DNA from: an uncultured Bacteriovoracaceae bacterium
GTDB lineage: Bacteria > Bdellovibrionota > Bacteriovoracia > Bacteriovoracales > Bacteriovoracaceae
Assembly (NCBI GenBank): GCA_964012805.1
Contig: CAXGUD010000057.1
Span: 1-21,617 of the forward strand
DNA: 21,617 nt
Direction: 5' to 3'
Shown: one piece after another, positions 1 to 8,520 of the stretch
Position numbering within the stretch: the stretch's first letter is position 1
Layout: every line of letters begins with the position of its first letter
Position numbers and translations under genes: made by a program
The notes under the pieces: generated by a model
The model's input: only the letters and a program-made list of their open reading frames with translations
Databases searched by the model: none
Told to the model about the DNA's origin: nothing

Positions 1-14
1 TTCCTTTTAAAGTT

Positions 15-42
15 TTGAATTGAAGGATATTTCTATTATGAT
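15..42 (+). promoter_or_regulatory. Putative sigma70 promoter for the radical SAM-ABC-heparinase operon
   Basis: TTGAAT (15-20), 16-nt spacer, TATGAT (37-42); GGTGGA SD-like sequence at 68-73 precedes the ATG at 77. Confidence 0.45.
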
Positions 43-76
43 CTTAGGGATCAATTAAAATATTCTTGGTGGACCA

Positions 77-904
77 ATGGACTTAGGAACAAGAGTAAAA
101 AATTTAAAAATTGAAGGGAAGAGGCTTGTCAAAAAATTTGTTGCGAGAACTGAAATTGTAGACCCTTTTAAAGTCAACTTTAAGGAGTTGGAGTTTGAGA
201 CGACGGCTTATTGCAATAGGAAGTGCACTTACTGTCCTGTAAGTATGTACCCTCGAAATGGCGATCAAGACGGCCGCTATATGAAAGAAGAGGTCTTTTC
301 GAAGCTTATTTCAGATTTAGTTGAACTTAACTATCAGGGGCTCGTCTCCCCGCATCTCTACGGAGAACCTTTAACAGACCCAAGAATCGTGGAATGGGTT
401 AAGGCCTTGAGAGATGCTTTGCCCAAAGCTCAAATTAAAGTTGTTACCAATGGAGACTACCTCAATAAAGATATATATCAAAAGCTTGTCAGCGCTGGTC
501 TAAGTTTTTTTCACCTTTCAAAACATGGCGAGTCCTTATCAAAAAGTTGTTTGGACTTGCTTGATAGTTTATCAAAGGAAGAAAAAGATCGGATGTTTAC
601 ACTCATTGACTTTTACTCTGATTTTAAAACAGATCAAACTCTGCTGAATACAAGAGCGGGGGAAGTAAAACTTAAAATTAAGAAAAAAAACCCAATTATG
701 TGCAGTTATGTAAGTTACCCAGTTCTTGATACCTTTGGAAACCTGATCCTTTGCTGCAATGATTATCATAGTGAGCACAAGTTCGGTAATATTATGGACA
801 GCAGCTTAAAAGAAATCTGGTTTTCGAAAAAAAATATTGAAACGAGAAAGAGGATTTTCAAGGGGCATTTTGATTATAAAATTTGCCAAGACTGTTATAT
901 GTAG
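77..904 (+). CDS. Radical SAM protein with C-terminal SPASM/twitch domain
   Basis: CNRKCTYC (CxxxCxxC), YGEP and VTNG motifs; C-terminal C..GNLILCCND..GNI..SLKEIW..CQDC auxiliary-cluster pattern. Confidence 0.9.
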   Translation: MDLGTRVKNLKIEGKRLVKKFVARTEIVDPFKVNFKELEFETTAYCNRKCTYCPVSMYPRNGDQDGRYMKEEVFSKLISDLVELNYQGLVSPHLYGEPLTDPRIVEWVKALRDALPKAQIKVVTNGDYLNKDIYQKLVSAGLSFFHLSKHGESLSKSCLDLLDSLSKEEKDRMFTLIDFYSDFKTDQTLLNTRAGEVKLKIKKKNPIMCSYVSYPVLDTFGNLILCCNDYHSEHKFGNIMDSSLKEIWFSKKNIETRKRIFKGHFDYKICQDCYM

Positions 905-927
905 CGCCTATTAAGGAGATACCTCTC

Positions 928-2679
928 GTGGTTTATGTTCTATCCAGGTTTTTTCAAATATACAGGTTTCAGTCTTTAGGCCTTATTTTAATTTTTCTTT
1001 TTGAAAATATTATTGAAGGTCTTGGTATTACACTTATTATACCTGTTTTTGAAAAATTATTTTCTGAAGGTACTAAGACAAACATTCTCACCAAGTTTAT
1101 TGACTCGTTTTTCTTAACGATTGGTTTTGAATCAAGTACATTTAATATTCTATTTTTAATTGTTTGCCTCTTTTCTATTAAGGCGTTTTTGATGCTTTGG
1201 GGGAGAAGAATCATTGCAAGAACTTCTAGTCGTTTCCTTCAAGATTTTCAAACAAAAAGTTTCAACGGAATGTTAGAAGCAGAGTATGCTTTTTACTTTA
1301 AAGAAAGAATCGGAGATCTTACCAACGCTTTGACTCAGGAAGTTCATAGAGCTTCAGTCTCCTTTGTTTTTGCCCTTCAATGGATATCAGTTTGCCTCTC
1401 CTTTATCCTCTACTTGGCCTTTGCTTTTTCTATTTCCGGTATGATGACAATAGGAGCTTCACTTGTCGCTGCTCTTTGCCTAAGCCCTTTAAAGTTAGTG
1501 ACTAAAAGAGTTGAAGAGTATGGAGTCAAAACGACTTTATTGAACGAAAGGCTTCAAAATGAAGTTTTAGAAATTTTTCATGGAATAAAGTTTATTAAAG
1601 GTGGGGCTTATGAGGATCTTGTAAAGAAAAGATTTTTTAAGACCGCTGAAACTTATAGATCAAATTGGGAGAATGTTTATTTCTTTTCAAATTCAATTCA
1701 TGTCTATTCTCAGCCTATTATTGTTTTGGTACTTTGTTCACTTCTTTTTGTTTCAAAAAACTTAGGACTCCCCATAGCTGAAATTATCGTTTTTTTAGTT
1801 GTCTTTCAAAGACTGCTTCCGACCTTAACAAACCTTATCAATATAAAAAATAACTTAAACGCCACATTACCAGGGTTTTCAAAAATTGACTCTATTTTGG
1901 AAAAAACTCTTTCTTTCAAAGAAAAAGATGAGGGTAGTCTCTCCGGGAATTTGAAAGGAGGTATCGAAATCAAAAATGTGTCTTTTTCATACGATAAGAA
2001 TAAGACGGTTCTTAAAAATATAGATTTAAAAATAAAGGAAGGTGAGACAATAGCCCTTCTCGGGCCTTCTGGTTCGGGGAAAACGACACTTATCGATTTG
2101 ATTTTGAAATTTTACAGGCTTCAAAGAGGGCAAATTTTGGTAGGCGGAGTTGATCTCAATGATATTAAGTTAGAAAGTTGGAGGACGCACATTTCTTATG
2201 TTCCACAGGATCCGATTCTCTTCCATGGAACAGTTTCCGAAAATATCGCATGGGGGAATTCTACCTTTTCTCAGGGAGAAATAGAAAAAGCTGCGACCTT
2301 GTCTCATGCACATGAATTTATTAAGAGTTTAAATAAGGGATACGAGACTATTGTTGGCGATAAGGGTATCAATCTTTCTGGAGGGCAGAAGCAAAGAATT
2401 GTTCTGGCAAGGGCCCTCATCAAAAAGCCAAAAATTTTAATTTTAGATGAGGCAACAAGCTCCCTTGACCACGAATCTGAATCTTTTATTAAAAACTCAA
2501 TTTCAAAGCTCAAAAGAAACAAGGATATGACAATTATTATGGTCGCTCATAGACTTACGACAGTTAAGGAAGCAGATAAAATTCACGTCTTAAAGGATGG
2601 ACTCATTCTAGAAACAGGAACTTGGGAAGAGCTTTCTACGAGTGATAAAAGTTATATTAGTGCTCATTTGACAAGCTAA
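928..2679 (+). CDS. ABC exporter, fused TMD+NBD (MsbA/PglK-like, probable lipid-linked glycan flippase)
   Basis: Hydrophobic N-terminal half; Walker A GPSGSGKTT, LSGGQKQR signature, Walker B ILILDEATS, H-loop VAHRL. In-frame GTG at 928 follows AAGGAG at 913-918 and is preferred over the ORF-track start at 883. Confidence 0.88.
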   Translation: MVYVLSRFFQIYRFQSLGLILIFLFENIIEGLGITLIIPVFEKLFSEGTKTNILTKFIDSFFLTIGFESSTFNILFLIVCLFSIKAFLMLWGRRIIARTSSRFLQDFQTKSFNGMLEAEYAFYFKERIGDLTNALTQEVHRASVSFVFALQWISVCLSFILYLAFAFSISGMMTIGASLVAALCLSPLKLVTKRVEEYGVKTTLLNERLQNEVLEIFHGIKFIKGGAYEDLVKKRFFKTAETYRSNWENVYFFSNSIHVYSQPIIVLVLCSLLFVSKNLGLPIAEIIVFLVVFQRLLPTLTNLINIKNNLNATLPGFSKIDSILEKTLSFKEKDEGSLSGNLKGGIEIKNVSFSYDKNKTVLKNIDLKIKEGETIALLGPSGSGKTTLIDLILKFYRLQRGQILVGGVDLNDIKLESWRTHISYVPQDPILFHGTVSENIAWGNSTFSQGEIEKAATLSHAHEFIKSLNKGYETIVGDKGINLSGGQKQRIVLARALIKKPKILILDEATSSLDHESESFIKNSISKLKRNKDMTIIMVAHRLTTVKEADKIHVLKDGLILETGTWEELSTSDKSYISAHLTS

Positions 2680-2690
2680 AAAGGTCTAAC

Positions 2691-4409
2691 ATGTCTAAAT
2701 TTACTGAGATATTTTTAAATAAGGAAGTCCGGCGGTGGATGGCCTACAAAGTTTTAAATCCCAAATCAAAGAGTTTTGGAAAAGAGGAAATGTGTGAGCT
2801 GCCAGAATATATGGATAAATTTAAAAGGGCCCAATTTAACTCTTTTAGTTGCAAGCTTGATTTACCATTATTATTACCATTAACATATTCTGAAAACAAG
2901 AGTGAATTTTCATATGAGTTGGCCAACGGATCTTTAATCAAAATTAACAGAGGGAATATCAAAGACCTTTTTGATGTTTACCGATCACCTGCCCTTAAAA
3001 TGGAAGATAGTGAGAATACGGCTTCTATTTATCGTTTATCAGGTCTATTAAAGCATTTGGAAAGAGATCAAACTTACGGTCCAATTGAAGAACAGGTTAT
3101 TAAAGAATGGATGACGAGTGTTTGTTCCGACAGATTGGCTTGGGAGAGCTATACGATCGCAGAAAGAATTTCAAACATCGGTCTATTTCTTTGCCGGACT
3201 CAATGTCATAAAAGATGGGACGACCGATTTAGACTTATTTTTTTCAATAAAATAATAAGAGAGGCCAAGCATATTTTTGATAACCTCGAATACTTTGGTG
3301 AAATAGTAACTTGCAACCATTACTCAAATAACGGACGAGGACTTGTTTGGGCTGGGTTTTTGACAGGACATAAGTACCTCTTAAAAGTCGGCCTTAAGAT
3401 TATGGAAAAGGAGTTTTCCCGACTCTTTAATAAAGAAGGTGAGTTTTTAGAGGGTTCTCTTCACTATTGGTGTTTAGTCCTTAGAAATTACTTTGAAGCT
3501 CTTTGGATTTCAAAAGAAAGGGGAAATTTGGACTTCGAGAACTCTTTAATTGAAAAGCTGAAATTAAGTACATCGGTTTTAAAAAAGCTGATTGTAAACG
3601 AAGATATTCCAACTATAGGAGACCTCTCTCCTGATTTTAAAAGAGAATGGCTTTCCCAGATCCCCTATTATTTTGATACCCAAGAAAAAAATGGCCATTT
3701 GTCAAAAGCGAAAGGGTGGATGTCCTCTTTTTTTGAGAACATTTATATACCAAATAACGAAGGGGCTCATTCCGGTCGTGAATTTTTTTCAATTAAAAAA
3801 GGTGATTACACCGCTTTAACACACGTGAATTCTTTTGGTTGGCCAAAATACGCCAGTCATTCCCATTGTGATTCTTTTTCTCCAGTTGTTTATTTTAAGG
3901 GAACACCCTTTCTTATAGATCCAGGAAAAAAAGATTATTTAGAGTCGAGCAAAGTTTTTGCAGGTCAATGGGCCCATAATGGACTTATTATTGACGGTCT
4001 TCCAAATGAAATTTTGGCCAGGGCAATTTATGGGTCGTCTTACATGAATAAGCGTTGCCAAGAGGGCTTCCAGGTTTGTAGTGAAGAAAACGCTCTTAAA
4101 GGAAGCTATTTTGTAAAGTCTAAAATTGAAGTAAAAAGAGAGCTTATTTTAGATGATGGTCTTATTTTAAAATTCTCACTTTTTGGTAAGGGGAAGTGCC
4201 AGATTGATATACCCTTTTATATTAACGAAGCGGTTCCTTATGAAGTGATAGGCGTAGAATCTTTTATCATAAAAAGGAAGTTCAGAAGGTTAGTTAAAAC
4301 CTGGGCCCAAGATTACGGAAAAGAGTGTAACGTGGATTCTTTTGTACTTTCAAAAAAAGTTCAACTACCTTTTCATTGCACAATTCTTCTTAAGCCTCTC
4401 ATAAGTTGA
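2691..4409 (+). CDS. Heparinase II/III-like protein (alpha-toroid plus beta-sandwich lyase-like family)
   Basis: TCNHYSNNG, EGSLHY, IGD, HSHCDSFS, LIDPG..Y and AHNGLIIDG motifs, in the order typical of glycan-cluster heparinase II/III proteins; no obvious signal peptide. Confidence 0.8.
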   Translation: MSKFTEIFLNKEVRRWMAYKVLNPKSKSFGKEEMCELPEYMDKFKRAQFNSFSCKLDLPLLLPLTYSENKSEFSYELANGSLIKINRGNIKDLFDVYRSPALKMEDSENTASIYRLSGLLKHLERDQTYGPIEEQVIKEWMTSVCSDRLAWESYTIAERISNIGLFLCRTQCHKRWDDRFRLIFFNKIIREAKHIFDNLEYFGEIVTCNHYSNNGRGLVWAGFLTGHKYLLKVGLKIMEKEFSRLFNKEGEFLEGSLHYWCLVLRNYFEALWISKERGNLDFENSLIEKLKLSTSVLKKLIVNEDIPTIGDLSPDFKREWLSQIPYYFDTQEKNGHLSKAKGWMSSFFENIYIPNNEGAHSGREFFSIKKGDYTALTHVNSFGWPKYASHSHCDSFSPVVYFKGTPFLIDPGKKDYLESSKVFAGQWAHNGLIIDGLPNEILARAIYGSSYMNKRCQEGFQVCSEENALKGSYFVKSKIEVKRELILDDGLILKFSLFGKGKCQIDIPFYINEAVPYEVIGVESFIIKRKFRRLVKTWAQDYGKECNVDSFVLSKKVQLPFHCTILLKPLIS

Positions 4410-4413
4410 TAGA

Positions 4414-4569
4414 ATGATGGTTCCCATTTAAGATCATCTCCTAATTTTACCTAGATCCAAATTGCGTATTAAAAGACTGAAAAAAGGAGTATCCAATAGG
4501 ATTGTAATGATTACTTTTGATGTAGAAATTTTTGGTTCGATGCTCCAAAAAAGAGTCTATGAAGTTTAG
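4414..4569 (+). pseudogene. Possible N-terminal remnant of a polysaccharide deacetylase-like gene
   Basis: ATG at 4414, 4 nt after the upstream stop; in-frame TAA at 4429; frame continues ...NRIVMITFDVEIFG... to TAG at 4567-4569. TFDVE resembles CE4/NodB-like motif 1. Confidence 0.25.
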
Positions 4570-5615
4570 ATAAACTCAAACTTCATAGGTGTTCCCTTTT
4601 TCACCTCTTTTTTGACTTTTTGACCGATAAGCCTTTCGTAGTGCTTTGGAGGAAGGCCAAAGCCAGGTCTGATGCACCTTAGGTTTTTCTCAGTCAAAAT
4701 ATCCCCAGCTTTAAGGTCATCACAAATGTAAATAGATCTTCTAAAGGCCTTTGATTTTTCTTCATTTTTAGCACAGCCGTAAGTAACTTGACCAAGTGAT
4801 TGCCATGCTCTTTCCGTTTCTATGACGAGGCTTTTAAGCTCAGCTGGCTCCAGAGAAAAGGCTGAGTCGACTCCACCTTCGGCCCTGGAAAGGGTAAAGT
4901 GTTTTTCGACGACTGTCGCCCCAAAAGCAACTGAAGCACAGGCTACGCCAATACCCATAGTGTGGTCTGAAAGGCCCACTTGAACACCAAAGAGCTCCCT
5001 CATATGTTTAATAGTCGAAATATTTGTATTGGAAGGGTCTGCTGGATAAGTACTGGTACATTTTAAAAGGATAATGTCTTTGCAACCATTGTTTCGTGCT
5101 GTTTTGACACTCAATTCAAGTTCCGATACTGAGGCCATACCAGTAGAAATAATCATTGGTTTTCCGGTTTGAGCAACCTTTTTAATAAGAGGAATGTCGG
5201 TGTTTTCAAAGGAAGCTATTTTATAAAAGGGGACTTCTAACTCTTCAAGAAAATCTACAGCAGTTGTATCAAACGGGGTTGAAAAACAAAGGACATTTCG
5301 CTTTTTACAATGGTCAAAGATGGCCTTATGCCATTCCCAAGGAGTATGGGCCTCTTCATAAAGCTCATAAAGACTCCGCCCTTTCCAAAGGCTTTTATCA
5401 TCATTGATATAAAAATCGCCCTCAGTAATATCAAGGGTCATGGTTTCCGCTTTATAGGTTTGGATTTTAAGGGCATCGACACCTGAATCAGCGGCAGCAT
5501 CAATAATTTGAAGGGCCCTCTCCAAAGATTGGTTATGATTTCCAGACATTTCTGCAATTATGAAGGGTCTATGATTTTGTCCAATCCATTTACCGCCAAC
5601 TTTTATGTCTTTCAT
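4566..5615 (-). CDS. pseI: Pseudaminic acid synthase (NeuB family with C-terminal SAF/antifreeze-like domain)
   Basis: PFIIAEMSGNHNQSLERA, KIQTY, AHTPWEWH, KIASFE, LKCTSTYPA, GLSDHT, EKHFTL and IRPGFGL. Start at 5615 preferred: AAGGA SD lies 8 nt upstream and overlaps the alternative ATG at 5624. Confidence 0.88.
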   Translation of the reverse strand: MKDIKVGGKWIGQNHRPFIIAEMSGNHNQSLERALQIIDAAADSGVDALKIQTYKAETMTLDITEGDFYINDDKSLWKGRSLYELYEEAHTPWEWHKAIFDHCKKRNVLCFSTPFDTTAVDFLEELEVPFYKIASFENTDIPLIKKVAQTGKPMIISTGMASVSELELSVKTARNNGCKDIILLKCTSTYPADPSNTNISTIKHMRELFGVQVGLSDHTMGIGVACASVAFGATVVEKHFTLSRAEGGVDSAFSLEPAELKSLVIETERAWQSLGQVTYGCAKNEEKSKAFRRSIYICDDLKAGDILTEKNLRCIRPGFGLPPKHYERLIGQKVKKEVKKGTPMKFEFI

Positions 5616-5650
5616 GGCCCACATCCTTTCTTGTTTGTTAAAGATGAATA

Positions 5651-5680
5651 ACGATATAAAGATTTTTAAGGGATTGTCAT
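5651..5680 (-). promoter_or_regulatory. Putative sigma70 promoter for pseI
   Basis: On the minus strand ATGACA (5680-5675), 18-nt spacer, TATCGT (5656-5651), about 35 nt upstream of the start. Confidence 0.3.
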
Positions 5681-5845
5681 GTCATATTCTAAAAATTGAG
5701 GGAGCGTTTTTTACTAACACTTTGCGTTTCATTAGGGCACTGGTGACCACTATCACTTACCTCAGGGAATAGATTTGACCTTCGATTGAATCATCATGTA
5801 GCTTACTTATTGGACTTAAATATTTTTTATATCTTTGTGAAAATT

Positions 5846-6565
5846 ATGGAACAAGAACTCACCCTATCATCGAAGATATCTATTGCCTTGGAAAAGTCTT
5901 CTGACTTCGAGTCTCGTATTGAAAAGTTTAGTGAAAAAATTGATATTTTCTGGAATCAAGAAAAAAGAAAAAAGAATTTGACCAATGGAAGCCTTTTAAA
6001 CTTTTCATCCCTTTCTCAAGTGGGGGATTCTCTTGAAATTAAGGCCTATTTTGTTGAATACAAGCATTTTTTGTTTCAAAGAAATATGGGTGAAAACCTT
6101 TTGATAAATCCTATAGGTGTTAGCGGAATCGCTTTGCAGAATAAAGGTCATAAAGGGCATTTCTTGGTGGGAAGGCGGTCTAACTCCGTGACCCAGTATC
6201 CAGAGCATTATGAATTTATTCCTTCAGGATCGATAGAGGTTGATGCTCAAAAAAATGGGATGGTTGATTATAAAAAACAGCTTATCAAAGAGTTGAAAGA
6301 GGAGTCGGGGTTAACGGAAAAAAATATTAAGTCCGTTCATGAACTCTGTTTAATTTATGATAAACTGGATCGGGTTTACGATATAGGAATTTGCGTGGAG
6401 CTAAAAGAAGCAGAGCTTTCCCTAAACCCAGAATTGAGTGAATATAAGGGAATTAGTATTCAAACACCCAGTTCTATTGAAAAAACATTTTCTAGAGAGG
6501 ACGTTGTTCCGACGAGTAAATTATTATTTCAGGCATTCAAAATGTCGTCTCAAAAAAGGAAATAA
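5846..6565 (+). CDS. NUDIX-family hydrolase (NUDT22-like, possible NDP-sugar pyrophosphatase)
   Basis: PIGVSG..FLVGRRS..YPEHYEFIPSGSIE..LIKELKEESGL, a Nudix box with an insertion. ATG at 5846 is more plausible than TTG at 5786. Confidence 0.72.
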   Translation: MEQELTLSSKISIALEKSSDFESRIEKFSEKIDIFWNQEKRKKNLTNGSLLNFSSLSQVGDSLEIKAYFVEYKHFLFQRNMGENLLINPIGVSGIALQNKGHKGHFLVGRRSNSVTQYPEHYEFIPSGSIEVDAQKNGMVDYKKQLIKELKEESGLTEKNIKSVHELCLIYDKLDRVYDIGICVELKEAELSLNPELSEYKGISIQTPSSIEKTFSREDVVPTSKLLFQAFKMSSQKRK

Positions 6566-6568
6566 TTT

Positions 6569-7528
6569 GTGGCAAAAGATGAAAGCGGTTTGAACAACTT
6601 TCGAATGGGCCTTTACGAGGAAATGCGTTTTATAAGGTCATTTGAAGAAAACCTCTTAAAACTTTTTGATGAGGGGCTTCTTTTTGGAACAACCCATACC
6701 TCGATTGGGCAAGAGGCCCTTGCGGTTTCTCTTTCAAGAGTCACAAGAGAAGAAGACATCATTTTTTCTAACCACCGGTGCCATGGACATTACTTGGCAT
6801 GCCGTAAAAATCCGAAGGCCCTTTTACATGAAATTATGGGGCGCCAAGGAGGTGTGTGTGAAGGGTATGGTGGGAGCCAACATATCTATGACAGAAATTT
6901 TTATTCAAATGGTATCCAAGGTGGCTATGTTCCTATTGTGGCAGGAATGGCCCTCGCTGAAAAAGTGAAAAGGACTCAAAATATTGCGGTAGGACTTATC
7001 GGCGACGGCACCCTTGGCGAGGGTTTGGTCTACGAGGGTCTTAACCTGATGTCTATTTTGGAAACCCCTTCTCTTATTATCGTTGAAAATAATCAGTATG
7101 CTCAGTCAACTCCAACGAAAAGAACGACGGGTGGTCAAATTATAGACCGGGCGAAGGCCTTTGGAATATCATGTTTTGAAACGGATCACCATGATGTCTT
7201 GGCAATCCATAATCATTTGGAAAAAGCGGCCATTCAGGTGAGAGAAGAGAAGCGTCCCTTTGTTTTTGTCCACCATACGTACCGCCTTGGACCTCATAGC
7301 AAAGGTGATGATGACCGTCCACTAGATGAAATCGAAAAGTGGAAAAAAGTCGATCCTCTTAAATTGTTAGAGGAGAGTTTAAGGGCAGAAGATGTCGAGC
7401 AGGTTAAAAACAGGATTGCCACGGAGATCGGAAAAATGACCGATGAGGCAAAAAATGCAAAGCTTGCTGAACTCAAAAATGAATTCTCAAAGGATACCTT
7501 GTGGAAAGAAGATACGTTCAAGCTTTAA
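6569..7528 (+). CDS. TPP-dependent dehydrogenase E1 component, alpha subunit-like
   Basis: GQEA, NHRCHGH, GGSQH, TPP-binding GDG...ENNQYA, and YRLGPHS loop; GTG start 3 nt after the upstream stop. Confidence 0.92.
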   Translation: MAKDESGLNNFRMGLYEEMRFIRSFEENLLKLFDEGLLFGTTHTSIGQEALAVSLSRVTREEDIIFSNHRCHGHYLACRKNPKALLHEIMGRQGGVCEGYGGSQHIYDRNFYSNGIQGGYVPIVAGMALAEKVKRTQNIAVGLIGDGTLGEGLVYEGLNLMSILETPSLIIVENNQYAQSTPTKRTTGGQIIDRAKAFGISCFETDHHDVLAIHNHLEKAAIQVREEKRPFVFVHHTYRLGPHSKGDDDRPLDEIEKWKKVDPLKLLEESLRAEDVEQVKNRIATEIGKMTDEAKNAKLAELKNEFSKDTLWKEDTFKL

Positions 7529-8517
7529 ATGAATCTCTCTTTAAGCTTATGGAGGATCAGGAAGAAACCTTTGTTATTGGGGAGGATATTTTGGATCCTT
7601 ACGGTGGTGCCTTTAAGGTGACCAAGGGGTTGTCCACTAAATTTCCTGAAAGAGTTATTTCAACACCTATAAGCGAAGCTGGGATTACAGGGCTTGCAAC
7701 AGGTCTTGCCCTAAGAGGTTTTAAACCTATTGTAGAAATTATGTTTGGAGATTTTGTAACATTAATAGCCGATCAACTTGTCAATCATGCCTGTAAGTTT
7801 AAGTGGATGTATAATGATCAAGTTGATGTACCCCTTATTATCCGAACCCCTATGGGTGGAAGGAGGGGGTATGGCCCAACTCATAGTCAGACTCTAGAGC
7901 AGATGTTTTTGTCGGTGCCTCAGTTAAAAATTGTGGCCCCATCTCACCTACATGATCCAGGTGCTCTTTTGTATAAGGCCTCTAAAAGTGAGAAGACACC
8001 TCTTCTTTTTATTGAGAATAAACTTCTTTATTCTCAAAAAATAAGGCAAGGAAACAGATACAAGGATTTTTTCATTAAAGAAGAGACCGGTCCGACAGGA
8101 CACTCGACAGTGCTTGCCTCCCTTGTTCCTTTTGACGAACCGGCGGATGTCGCCCTTATTTGTTATGGAGGAATGACTCCTTTGGCACTCGAAGCTTCCT
8201 TTGAACTTTTTATGGAGGAAGAAATTGTGGTTAATGTCATCGTTCCTTCACTCATCAACCCAATCCCTATTGAGGATATTTTGAAACTAAATGGTGGAAC
8301 GGATAAAATCGTGATTTGTGAAGAAAGTAACTCAAATGGTGGTTGGTCAGGGGAATTGTCATCTCAACTATACTTTTCTCTTTTTAAAAAGTTAGATAAG
8401 CAAATTCAGAGAGTCGGAGCAAGGCCTATCCCTATTCCTTGCTCAAAGCATCAAGAGGAAATCATTCTTCCGCAATTACCAGATATTATTTCAGCAGTTA
8501 AAAAGGTTTTGAGGTAA
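7501..8517 (+). CDS. TPP-dependent dehydrogenase E1 component, beta subunit-like
   Basis: GEDI..YGGAFKVTKGL, TPISEAGITG, VEIMFGDF, DQLVNHA and HSQ motifs; GTG start after AAGGA; overlaps E1alpha by 28 nt. Confidence 0.92.
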   Translation: MERRYVQALNESLFKLMEDQEETFVIGEDILDPYGGAFKVTKGLSTKFPERVISTPISEAGITGLATGLALRGFKPIVEIMFGDFVTLIADQLVNHACKFKWMYNDQVDVPLIIRTPMGGRRGYGPTHSQTLEQMFLSVPQLKIVAPSHLHDPGALLYKASKSEKTPLLFIENKLLYSQKIRQGNRYKDFFIKEETGPTGHSTVLASLVPFDEPADVALICYGGMTPLALEASFELFMEEEIVVNVIVPSLINPIPIEDILKLNGGTDKIVICEESNSNGGWSGELSSQLYFSLFKKLDKQIQRVGARPIPIPCSKHQEEIILPQLPDIISAVKKVLR

Positions 8518-8520
8518 TCA

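Noticed and set aside
77..2679. Radical SAM/SPASM plus ABC exporter as a RiPP cluster
   Set aside because: No precursor peptide, RRE or C39 peptidase domain seen, and the neighbours are glycan genes; sequence upstream of the window is unseen
5810..5845. TATCTTTG (5830-5837) matches the Bacteroidota TAnnTTTG promoter element before the SD-less NUDIX start
   Set aside because: Single short match in AT-rich DNA with imperfect upstream spacing; the rest of the window uses SD sites and sigma70-like elements
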